The notes: generated by a model from the sequence alone, not told the origin. A stretch of DNA of 64,000 nt from Candidatus Saccharimonadota bacterium (GCA_016191105.1 JACPPH010000002.1:141931-205930), one strand, 5' to 3'; positions 30,312 through 38,163 are shown, numbered from the stretch's first letter. A program made the numbers and translations.

Positions 30312-30988
30312 AGGCTATATCTTCCTATCTTTTCGTCTTTTACTACCCGGCCTCGGTTTATTGTAATCACCCGTTTTTTAAGAGCATTTACAATTTCTTT
30401 GTTGTGAGTTGTGAGCAGCACGGTTGTGCCAAATCGGTTGATCTTTAGCAGCAATTCAATAATATCCCAAGAATTTTTGGGGTCGAGGTTGCCGGTCGGT
30501 TCGTCGGCTATCAATATTTTTGGATTACGAATTAAGGCACGAGCAATTGCCGTACGTTGCTTCTCGCCGCCCGAGATTTCACTGGGGTAGTTGTGAGCTT
30601 TTTCGCTCAAACCTACTAGTTGCAATATTTTGGGCACAGCCCGTTTGATTTCGCGGGTTCGAACGCCCGAAACTTCGAGCGCAAAAGCTACGTTTTCATA
30701 CACGGTCAAATTGGGTAAAAGCTTATAATCTTGAAACACCACTCCAATTCGGCGTCTTAGGTGTGGAATGTTAGACTTATCGATAGTGTCATAGTCGATT
30801 GAACCAACAATAATCTTGCCACTAGTCGGCACATCTTCCTTAATGAGTAATCTAATCAAAGTACTTTTGCCGGCACCCGAAGCCCCCACAATGGTTACAA
30901 ATTCTTTGGGTTGAATATGCAAAGAGACGCCAGAAAGCGCCACGGTTTTATTAGGATAAATAACCGATACTCGATCGAGCAATATCAT
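30308..30988 (-). CDS. ftsE: Cell-division ABC transporter ATPase FtsE
   Basis: 226 aa. Walker A GASGAGKST, signature ISGGEKQR, Walker B ILIADEPTGNLD. Confidence 0.9.
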   Translation of the reverse strand: MILLDRVSVIYPNKTVALSGVSLHIQPKEFVTIVGASGAGKSTLIRLLIKEDVPTSGKIIVGSIDYDTIDKSNIPHLRRRIGVVFQDYKLLPNLTVYENVAFALEVSGVRTREIKRAVPKILQLVGLSEKAHNYPSEISGGEKQRTAIARALIRNPKILIADEPTGNLDPKNSWDIIELLLKINRFGTTVLLTTHNKEIVNALKKRVITINRGRVVKDEKIGRYSL

Positions 30989-31041
30989 CGTGTACTCATT
31001 GTAGCACTATCGCTATGCGCCGTAAAACTTATGTTTGCCAG

Positions 31042-32130
31042 CTAATTTTTTGATTTCAGCTGCCAGTCTAAGTAAGCTTCAATTAGGGGCTCGAGCTTAC
31101 CTTCGAGCACACCCGACACATCATTAGTTTCGTAGTCACTACGGTGATCCTTAACTTTGGTGTAGGGCTGCATAACATAGCTGCGAATTTGCGCACCCCA
31201 GTCGGCGGATTTGGTTTGGCCGCTAAGTTTAGACACATTTTCGGCTTTGGCCTCTCGTGCCAATTCATTCAGGCGAGATAACAATATCTTAAGTGCAGCT
31301 TGCTTGTTTTTGAGCTGTGAGCGTTCATTTTGTACGCTCACAGTAACTCCGGTTGGAATATGGGTAATCCGCACTGCACTGTCGGTGGTGTTCACGCTTT
31401 GACCGCCACGGCCGGAGCTTCGAAAAGTATCAATTCGCAAGTCACGCTGGTCAATTTCGCTGTCTTCATCTTCTATTTCAGGAACCATATCAACCAGAGC
31501 AAACGAGGTTTGGCGCAGGTTTTGAGCATTAAATGGGCTGAGCCGCACCAATCGATGAACACCCTTTTCGGCTTTCAAGAGCCCGTAGGCAAACGGCCCA
31601 CTTATGCGCACGGTTGCACTCTTAATGCCAGCTTCTTCGCCGTACGAGGTGTCAAGCACTTCGGCCTTCAGGCCTTGGCGCTCAGCATACTTTAGATACA
31701 TTTCCATGAGTATTTGAGCCCAGTCGGCCGCATCGGTACCGCCGACACCAGCTGTTATTTGTATAATTGCCGGTGACTTATCATATTCACCATTGAGCCT
31801 AACAGCCACCATAGCTGCTTGGATTCGCTTTTCTAGATCCTTAGTTAAGCCCTCAAACTCCTCAAGCTGTGTGTTATCGGCTGTCTCGGCCAATTCTAGG
31901 GTTGTTTGCACATCATCTTGGAGTCTATGCCAGTCGACCAGATATTTTTTAAGCTCAGCTGCCCTTCGGCTAACTTCTTCGGCTCTTGACTGATTAGACC
32001 AAAAATCGGCCGACTGCATATCGGCCTCGAGTTTGGCTATCTGTTCAGCATCTTTGTTTAAAGCCAACACCTCCATGGCTCTTTGGACTTCAGCTAGCAA
32101 GCTGGAAAGTTTTTCGATTATTGGTTTCAT
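31042..32130 (-). CDS. prfB: Peptide chain release factor 2 (single uninterrupted frame)
   Basis: 362 aa. SPF tripeptide (RLSPFNA) and GGQ (SGRGGQSVN). Confidence 0.93.
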   Translation of the reverse strand: MKPIIEKLSSLLAEVQRAMEVLALNKDAEQIAKLEADMQSADFWSNQSRAEEVSRRAAELKKYLVDWHRLQDDVQTTLELAETADNTQLEEFEGLTKDLEKRIQAAMVAVRLNGEYDKSPAIIQITAGVGGTDAADWAQILMEMYLKYAERQGLKAEVLDTSYGEEAGIKSATVRISGPFAYGLLKAEKGVHRLVRLSPFNAQNLRQTSFALVDMVPEIEDEDSEIDQRDLRIDTFRSSGRGGQSVNTTDSAVRITHIPTGVTVSVQNERSQLKNKQAALKILLSRLNELAREAKAENVSKLSGQTKSADWGAQIRSYVMQPYTKVKDHRSDYETNDVSGVLEGKLEPLIEAYLDWQLKSKN

Positions 32131-32156
32131 AGCTTATATTATACCTTTTATGTACC

Positions 32157-32189
32157 AAAAAGACCCGCTGATTACTCATTGGGTCTTTT
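32157..32189 (-). terminator. Rho-independent terminator after the LPQTG surface-protein gene
   Basis: Stem AAAGACCC/GGGTCTTT flanking a 14-nt loop. On the minus strand it is followed by TTTTT. Confidence 0.65.
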
Positions 32190-32206
32190 GGTTAGCTGCT
32201 TTCTAA

Positions 32207-33484
32207 TTACTTCACGTTACGCAAGGCAATTGAGACAGCTTTTTTGCTTTTTCGCAGAGCATATACACTGTAGCTGATACCAGTCATACCAAGCATGCCA
32301 GCCACACCACCCGCAACACCAGTCTGTGGCAAAGTTGTTGGCTGAGACGGTGTAACTGGAGTTACTGGAGGAGGTGTTGGTGTTAGTGGTGTCGGGGTAG
32401 GAGGCTTAGGTGGAGTAAAACTGGCTGTACTACAGACGTCTTCGCGGGTTTCGTTAGAGCCTGTACAGGCAACATTATCAACAGTTGTTACTGTAGCCGG
32501 AATGTTGTCTTTCACCTTAGCCAAAAACTGAATGTTACCATCGGCATTTGGCGAGTAATCACCCACCATCACGCCCTCACGGAACAATGCAGTATCATTT
32601 AGCTGTACGCCTTGGGGTTGGGTCACTAGATACATCTTTACCGACCCAGGCACAATATCAACGTATTGTGGCAATTTATCGGTTACTACCACTTGGCGCA
32701 TAACTGCATTGCCGGTATTCTTGTAGTTGATGTTGTACTTTACAATGTCGCCTGGTTTGGCAGCCATAGTCTTCTGCCAGTTACCGCTACCGGGCACACT
32801 AATTTCTTTGTTTATTTTTAGATTCGATGCAGTCACTTTAACCTTAATGGTCACAAGCAGGCCGTACTGAAAACAGCCCTTGACATTACCGTCGGGGCCA
32901 GTCTCGCCAATTGGTGCACCATCGCCTACAATGCTATCGGCTAGCTTGTAGCCGCCTGGCACACTGTTGGTGTAGGCTGTGGCGCTTCCTTGCTCATACT
33001 CTAAGTTAAAAGGCTGGGTACTTTTTAGATCCACACTAGCAGCCACCGTACCTGGCTGGGCATTGCTAGCTGAAATGTAGCTGATCGAACGTAGCGCCGT
33101 GTCATTGCCGGCTGGCACCAAAATTTTAACTTTGGTGTTGCGAGCAATACCAGCGCCACTAGCGTTCAGGCTAGAATCTGCGCCGTTGTGTACATAAGTA
33201 CGCATCAGCAGCTCTTGGCCTTCACGAACCTGCATGTTATCGGTAAAACCGCCTTCACTAGTGTTAGCGGCGTCTTTTACAGTGTAGAACTCGCGCTCAT
33301 CGCCATAGTTGGGGGTGCCCACAAAGGAGTTAAATGTAACATAGTCAAAGCCAGCCACACCAGGTGTGTACTGCTTAACTGGTCGCTCTGGACTCCAGTC
33401 TGCTACTGCCATGACAGGAACTAAGATCCCAATCACAACAATGCCGATCACAGAGGCCAGCTTACGCAAAACATTCTTTTTCAT
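32207..33484 (-). CDS. Secreted surface protein with C-terminal LPXTG (LPQTG) sortase signal
   Basis: 425 aa. Signal peptide/TM at the N-terminus, beta-rich repeats, Pro/Thr stalk, LPQTG (32318-32332), then a hydrophobic stretch and an RKSKK tail. SD AAAGGAG. Confidence 0.8.
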   Translation of the reverse strand: MKKNVLRKLASVIGIVVIGILVPVMAVADWSPERPVKQYTPGVAGFDYVTFNSFVGTPNYGDEREFYTVKDAANTSEGGFTDNMQVREGQELLMRTYVHNGADSSLNASGAGIARNTKVKILVPAGNDTALRSISYISASNAQPGTVAASVDLKSTQPFNLEYEQGSATAYTNSVPGGYKLADSIVGDGAPIGETGPDGNVKGCFQYGLLVTIKVKVTASNLKINKEISVPGSGNWQKTMAAKPGDIVKYNINYKNTGNAVMRQVVVTDKLPQYVDIVPGSVKMYLVTQPQGVQLNDTALFREGVMVGDYSPNADGNIQFLAKVKDNIPATVTTVDNVACTGSNETREDVCSTASFTPPKPPTPTPLTPTPPPVTPVTPSQPTTLPQTGVAGGVAGMLGMTGISYSVYALRKSKKAVSIALRNVK

Positions 33485-33815
33485 AAGCTATAAGCTCCTT
33501 TCATAGAAGTATTAGTTAATTAAATAGCGTTCTCGTTCGGTTGTGTATATGCAATGTAAAAGGACTTTTGTATCTATTGAGCAGTAATGGTACTATATTA
33601 TACGCTTTAAGTCAATAGATAATTGTTATGTTTTTGCAGGGTTTTTCGAAAGGCCCTGAGATCAAGTTTTTTATGAAAGCCTGATCTCAAAGACTTATAG
33701 TTTCGGGTGGGTGTCGTCCCGGAGACCGAAGTCTCCAGGACGAGCGACACCCAAGAGTGGACTCTGTGTGCCATCGCACCGCGAATTGAGTCCGCTAATT
33801 CGCGGTGTTTAAGCC

Positions 33816-35306
33816 CTAGGCGGGCTTGGGCGACGGACCGGGCGGGGCCGTCGTGGGTGGCACCGGCGCCGAGCTGGGCGGCGTTGCCCTGGTGGTGGGC
33901 GGGCTTCCCCCCGGGCACAGCTGCGGACAACCGGTGCTCGGGTTCGGCACTCCTGGATTGATGTCCGGGTTGGGCGGCCTGGGGGTCACCCCACCGCAGC
34001 CACTTGGACCACAGCCTTTCACCGGCGCCGGCACAGCCGGATTGCTGATAGGCTGCTGCTCGGCGATCTTGCCCTGAGGCTTGGTCGTCGGCGTCGTCAC
34101 CGTCGGCGGTGGGATGGTCGGCCCTCCCGTCGGCGGGGGCGTCACCGTCGGCGGTGGGATTGTTGACTCCGGTGGCAGGTTTGGCGGAACCGGCACCTGC
34201 GGCACGTTCGGCGTGGGCTTGAGCGACCCCCTGTTCCCGCACGAGGCGAAGAACATGATGTATGCGTTGTCCTTCCAGAACTTCACGTACAGCCGGGGCG
34301 TGCTGGTGACGTAGTCGAACTGCACCACGGTACCGTTTTGCACGACTGTGTTGTACAGGCGGGTACCCGCTGGCAACACTCCACGTTCCACCATGGAACC
34401 TCGAACGAAGTCCAGCACGATGAACAGATCCCAACCGGCCTTGGCGGCATCGCCGACCGGGCGGGGGTCCTCGTAGGGCTTGTCTTGGCTGGCCATGATG
34501 GTCCGCGCCGCATCGTCCAAGAATGCCGGGCTGCCAACACCCTTCAGGAGCAAGTCGGAGAACATGTCCTCCGGCGTGTTTCCTTGGATGCCGTTGAGCA
34601 CAACACACTTGGTCTCACACGTCACGCCCACTCCCTGTACGAGGCCACGGCGCTGGGCAATCTTCTGAACGAAGATGGCAAGGTCGACGGTGTCGGGCTG
34701 ATGCGGTGGCGCCGTGCTTGGCGGTGTGGTAGCCATAGTTGTTGGCGCAGCTGTGCCTTGCGGTTGTGTCCCGCTCGGTACTGCCGTGGTGGTGGAAGGA
34801 GCCGTGGTGTCGCTGGGCGATGTGCTTGGCGTTGAACCACCCCCGTTGCTGGTGGTGGTAGTGACGCCGGCCAGGATTGCGACGCACTTGGTGTCTGGCG
34901 GGTCCACTCCGAGTTGCTTGAGCTTGTCGGAGCTTTCCTGCACCACCTTGGCGTCGTCGCTGCCAACTCCCTGGCACAACTCGACTGTCAGCTTGAGACA
35001 TTCGGTCGGCGTGATGCCGGCCTCTTGCAGCTTCTTGTCGTCGTCGGAGTTGTTGGTGACTCCGATCCGCTTCTGGCAGTCCTCCAGACTCACCTTGGCC
35101 TTGCGCTCTTCGGTGGTTGCGGGCGGAACAGACGCGGTCGGCGCTGGCACCTGGGTGGTGTCGGAGCCTTGAGGCCCAGGTGATTGCTGGGTTGGTTGGG
35201 CACTCGCAGTGCCGCTTTTGGCTGCAATACCGGCTACACCCACCGCCCCCAAAAGGACAGTGAACACAACCGCGCAAGCAGCGAAGATCGCATGACCCCT
35301 GGTCAT
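33816..35306 (-). CDS. Signal-anchored secreted protein, Pro/Thr-rich linkers, Cys-containing domains, unknown function
   Basis: ATG at 35306 preceded by GGAGGTGA. MTRGHAIFAACAVVFTVLLGAVGVAGIAA anchor, a globular middle, and a PPPTVTPPPTGGPTIPPPTVTT tail. The ORF-track upstream extension to 35387 has no SD. Followed by an 11-bp perfect hairpin at 33777-33807. Confidence 0.7.
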   Translation of the reverse strand: MTRGHAIFAACAVVFTVLLGAVGVAGIAAKSGTASAQPTQQSPGPQGSDTTQVPAPTASVPPATTEERKAKVSLEDCQKRIGVTNNSDDDKKLQEAGITPTECLKLTVELCQGVGSDDAKVVQESSDKLKQLGVDPPDTKCVAILAGVTTTTSNGGGSTPSTSPSDTTAPSTTTAVPSGTQPQGTAAPTTMATTPPSTAPPHQPDTVDLAIFVQKIAQRRGLVQGVGVTCETKCVVLNGIQGNTPEDMFSDLLLKGVGSPAFLDDAARTIMASQDKPYEDPRPVGDAAKAGWDLFIVLDFVRGSMVERGVLPAGTRLYNTVVQNGTVVQFDYVTSTPRLYVKFWKDNAYIMFFASCGNRGSLKPTPNVPQVPVPPNLPPESTIPPPTVTPPPTGGPTIPPPTVTTPTTKPQGKIAEQQPISNPAVPAPVKGCGPSGCGGVTPRPPNPDINPGVPNPSTGCPQLCPGGSPPTTRATPPSSAPVPPTTAPPGPSPKPA

Positions 35307-35529
35307 CCGATCACCTCCTTGTTGTTGTCTGGGTGATGTAAAGCTGCGAACTGGGTGCAGGTTTTCTCTCCTGTACTCAGCCCACATATCAGATTACACT
35401 CTTTTCGTCTATACACAAGTATAAATCTCACATTTGGGTTGAGCGGGTGGCGCCCGGCGGGAACTCGATCCGAAGATCGAAGCTCCCTGCCGGGACCACG
35501 AGGTAGGGGCCAGAACGTCATCCTGACCG

Positions 35530-36006
35530 CTACTTTGTGCCGTGCTTGAACAGCGCCGTGCAGCCGATGATGCCACCGATCACAAACGGGGCAAGAAATG
35601 CCACGATCCGTGGCCCGCCTGCGTCCGTGAGCATGGCAGCCACGACTGCACTGCAGATTGCTGCGAACACCGTTGCAAAGCAGCCCATGAGCACGCCCAC
35701 AAGGATGTGGAGGCTCTTGCCATTGGCTGGGTCTGCGCCGCCGCCAGCGGGTGGCGGCGGTGTGGCGGCATTGGCCGATGGATCGCGTGTGAGGAACCAG
35801 AAGGTCCCCCCTGCGCCACCCAGGCCAACCACCAGGGCGGTGAGGAATCCATACAGCCACGACCAATTGAGTCCTGCGACTACAAGGGTCACGAGCAGCA
35901 GGACTCCGCCAATCACCCCGCTGATGATCAGCTGGGTTTGCTGGTCGAGCCCACCTCCGGGCGATGGGGCCGGCGCGGCATAGCGCGCACGGTTGAAACC
36001 AGGCAT
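35530..36006 (-). CDS. Small integral membrane protein (about 4 TM), unknown function
   Basis: ATG at 36006 preceded by GAAGGTGG. 158 aa with four hydrophobic segments and a Pro/Gly/Ala loop. Followed by hairpin 35453-35494 with a central CGAA loop. Confidence 0.65.
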   Translation of the reverse strand: MPGFNRARYAAPAPSPGGGLDQQTQLIISGVIGGVLLLVTLVVAGLNWSWLYGFLTALVVGLGGAGGTFWFLTRDPSANAATPPPPAGGGADPANGKSLHILVGVLMGCFATVFAAICSAVVAAMLTDAGGPRIVAFLAPFVIGGIIGCTALFKHGTK

Positions 36007-36027
36007 AATGCCCACCTTCTTTCGTAT

Positions 36028-36106
36028 ATGTTCGGGAGCGGTACCTGGTCGTGAACTTCATTGTTCATGTGCCCTCACGGGGGCAATATACCAGGATAGC
36101 GATCCT
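36028..36106 (-). repeat. Promoter/operator/leader module, copy 1 (upstream of the 4-TM protein gene)
   Basis: Minus-strand reading: AGGATCGCTATCCT palindrome, TATATT, GCCCC, GTGAGGGCAC, stem-loop CATGAAC..GTTCACG, GACCAGGTACCGCTC, CGAACAT. Near-identical to 36469-36545. Confidence 0.75.
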
Positions 36107-36172
36107 GAAATTGTGGGTCACGAGCGGCCGCGCTCCGGGGTAAACCGGAGCACAGCCTCTCGCGTGGCGAGA

Positions 36173-36454
36173 TCACGTGAGCACTTGGTCGATGATCTCG
36201 AGCATTGCGGCCTTGAACGCCTTGTTGGCATCTTCGTCCACAACGTCCGGGAAGGACTTCAAGAAGTCGGGGCCACAGAGGTCGATCATGGCCTGCACGC
36301 CTTCCTTGTTGAACTTGACCGTGCCGCCGCCGCTGATCTCCAGTTGCTCGAGAGCAACCTTCTGCAGCAGCTCCAGGGCGCGGGCCTTCATGGCCGGGTC
36401 GGCGTCGGCTGTTGCCGACTTGGACTTCTCGTAGCGGTCTTTGCTGAACGCCAT
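36173..36454 (-). CDS. Small acidic protein (93 aa), paralogous to the C-terminus of the 415-aa protein
   Basis: ATG at 36454 preceded by AGGAGA. MAFSKDRYEKSKS...FLKSFPDVVDEDANKAFKAAMLEIIDQVLT. The long ORF-track extension (to 37117) is an out-of-frame shadow across the upstream gene. Confidence 0.65.
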   Translation of the reverse strand: MAFSKDRYEKSKSATADADPAMKARALELLQKVALEQLEISGGGTVKFNKEGVQAMIDLCGPDFLKSFPDVVDEDANKAFKAAMLEIIDQVLT

Positions 36455-36468
36455 GATGATTCTCCTGC

Positions 36469-36545
36469 ATGTTCGTGAGCGGTACCTGGTCGCGAACCGA
36501 AGTTCACGTGCCCTCACAGGGGCAATATACCAGGATAGCGATCCT
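36469..36545 (-). repeat. Promoter/operator/leader module, copy 2 (upstream of the 93-aa gene)
   Basis: Same module as 36028-36106. The stem-loop here is CGTGAAC-TTCG-GTTCGCG, so the loop sequence differs while the stem is retained. Confidence 0.75.
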
Positions 36546-36570
36546 AACATTCTGTTGAGTTGGCCGGGGA

Positions 36571-36599
36571 GCTCCGCTGCACACAGTGTGCAGCGGAGC
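36571..36599 (-). terminator. Perfect 14-bp GC-rich hairpin after the 415-aa gene (no U-tract)
   Basis: GCTCCGCTGCACAC-A-GTGTGCAGCGGAGC, 27 nt downstream of the TAG at 36627-36629 and immediately upstream of module copy 2. Confidence 0.6.
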
Positions 36600-36626
36600 C
36601 AACCCCGTTTACCGCTCCCGGTAAAT

Positions 36627-37874
36627 CTAGTCGTCGGCGAAGACCTCCTCGATGATGTCGAAGAACGCGGCGTAGAACACGTCGCGATCGGACTCGAAGT
36701 CACCGTTGGGATACTTCTCGAGGTAGAGGTTGAGGGCGCAGAACGCCACATCGGTGATCCCTTCCTCACTGAACGACCATGGCTTGCGAAGCGGGTCGCG
36801 CGCCCACATGCCGACGGGTGTGCGCTCGATGCACTGCTTGGCTGTCGCCACACGCGCGTCGAAGTTCGGTGGCCGAACATTGGAGCGTTGCTGTCCCGAA
36901 GGACCGCCGCGCGAACCAGCACCCGAACCACTGCTACCACCCGGTCGACTCGACGAGCCGCCACTGGCGCCAGCACCCGACCCGGACTTGGGCCGTGCGC
37001 CTCTGCCAGAGGAGCCACCTTGCGAGCCGCGTGGTCGTTGCCCATTGCCGCCGTTGCGAACGAAGATCCCCTCGAGATTCTCTCGAGTGATGTCGTCGTT
37101 CCGGTCCGGATGGGCAAACGCCAAGACGCTTCGCCAGCAGAACTTGGCCCACTTCTTGCGGTCGCCGTAGGTGAACTTCTCGCCCTTCGGGTCCACCTTG
37201 CGAGCCTCGGCCTCGAAGATCACCATGATCTGGGTCATCCAACCCCGGTACTGGCGATACAAGTCCTGCTCTTCTGGTGTACGACGCGCGAAGGCGGTGA
37301 AGCGCGCCAGGTTGTCGTCGTCTCGTGGTGGCGCGCCGAACTCGGCATGCAAACCCTGGACACCCGAGAAGTTCTCGCGGATGCCAGAGATCGCGGTGTT
37401 CAGCTCTGTGATCTCTCGATCGTTCATGTCGTCTCCCTCCTGGGGGTCTTTGGTTCCCCCCGGAGGGGATGTAGGTTCTGGTTCTTCTGCAAGATCGAGC
37501 ATGAGCGTGACGATGCCACGCTTAACCATCTCGAAGCTGGCGTTGGCTTTGCGTGTCGCGTTGAGGTTGACCCCAACAATCCGACGCACGAGCCGCCACG
37601 GCTCGGGGTCTTGCTCGGTCGCTTGTACGGGTATGCCTTGTGCTTCGAGCCATGGCACCCAGTCTTCGTAGGAAAGGGTTGGCTCGGGGTCTTCGCCTTC
37701 TGGTGGTGTGTCACCTGCCCCTGAATCTTCAAGGACTTTACCAAGTGCCACCAAGAAGTCTTCTTCACCCACCTGTCCGTCATCGGCAAGCTTGTCGCCC
37801 AGTTCAACAATGAGCTTGGGCTTAAGGTCGATCGAAACTTCCAGGTCAGCACATAGCGTTTCGAGATGCGGCAT
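36627..37874 (-). CDS. Acidic 415-aa protein with a J-domain-like HPD motif and a Gly/Ser-rich linker, function unknown
   Basis: ATG at 37874 preceded by GAGGAGGG. KKWAKFCWRSVLAFAHPDRNDD (HPD codons 37112-37104) resembles DnaJ helix II plus the HPD loop. It is followed by a roughly 55-aa G/S/R-rich stretch and a C-terminal domain alignable to the 93-aa protein. Confidence 0.7.
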   Translation of the reverse strand: MPHLETLCADLEVSIDLKPKLIVELGDKLADDGQVGEEDFLVALGKVLEDSGAGDTPPEGEDPEPTLSYEDWVPWLEAQGIPVQATEQDPEPWRLVRRIVGVNLNATRKANASFEMVKRGIVTLMLDLAEEPEPTSPPGGTKDPQEGDDMNDREITELNTAISGIRENFSGVQGLHAEFGAPPRDDDNLARFTAFARRTPEEQDLYRQYRGWMTQIMVIFEAEARKVDPKGEKFTYGDRKKWAKFCWRSVLAFAHPDRNDDITRENLEGIFVRNGGNGQRPRGSQGGSSGRGARPKSGSGAGASGGSSSRPGGSSGSGAGSRGGPSGQQRSNVRPPNFDARVATAKQCIERTPVGMWARDPLRKPWSFSEEGITDVAFCALNLYLEKYPNGDFESDRDVFYAAFFDIIEEVFADD

Positions 37875-38124
37875 TGCTTCCCTCCTCGGGTAGTGCCCCG
37901 GGAGGGGCGTCTTGTTTACTGTTACCTACAGGAGCCTGCGTACGGCATTCAATCTTGGGCGGCAAGATCGCTTACACGTACACAGGTGCCTGTAGGCAGT
38001 TTGTAAACTAAAAAGCAGGTAAAATAGCCTGTTCTATACGAACAAGCAACCCTCCTGCCTACTTATTTAGGGAGCGGATATTTCAAATTGAACGATCCAT
38101 AGCCTAAGCTATGAACTCGGAAAC

Positions 38125-38153
38125 AATATACTACAAAACTATCGTTTTGTCAA
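38125..38153 (-). promoter_or_regulatory. Consensus sigma70-type promoter pointing into island 1
   Basis: Minus strand: TTGACA (38153-38148), a 17-nt spacer, then TATATT (38130-38125). Lies just after the stop of the 38164-38511 gene, about 250 nt upstream of the 415-aa start. Confidence 0.5.
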
Positions 38154-38163
38154 GTATTTTCTA

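Larger units (their letters stand above)
33700..37995 (-). other. High-GC island 1: four co-directional ORFan genes of foreign composition
   Basis: Hand counts of 46/60 G+C at 34081-34140 and 36/60 at 37201-37260, against 22/60 at 22801-22860 and 29/60 at 40021-40080 in the backbone. Dense overlapping shadow ORFs on both strands. The boundaries are by-eye estimates. Confidence 0.8.

Noticed and set aside
31042-32130. Programmed +1 frameshift in prfB.
   Set aside because: The RF2 frame is uninterrupted from MKPIIEKL... through the SPF and GGQ motifs, and there is no CTT-TGA-type site near codon 25. A substantial minority of bacteria lack the frameshift, so this is not anomalous.
36028-36545. 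Whether the two 77-79 nt repeats are a CRISPR array or mobile-element terminal repeats.
   Set aside because: There are only two copies, in direct orientation, separated by a complete SD-led coding gene. Each copy sits exactly between a hairpin terminator and an SD/ATG, so a promoter/leader module is the better explanation. No cas or transposase genes are present.
33607-37893. Many long ORFs in the track overlapping the four island-1 genes on both strands (for example 33607-34608, 34338-34835, 34615-35277, 35303-36061, 35542-36054, 36441-37724, 36730-37170, and the N-terminal 220 aa of 36173-37117).
   Set aside because: They overlap one another and the SD-preceded genes. Their translations are Arg/Pro/Gly/Ala-dominated with low-complexity runs, typical of shadow frames in high-GC DNA, and they lack SD sequences. 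A single co-directional four-gene reading explains the region.
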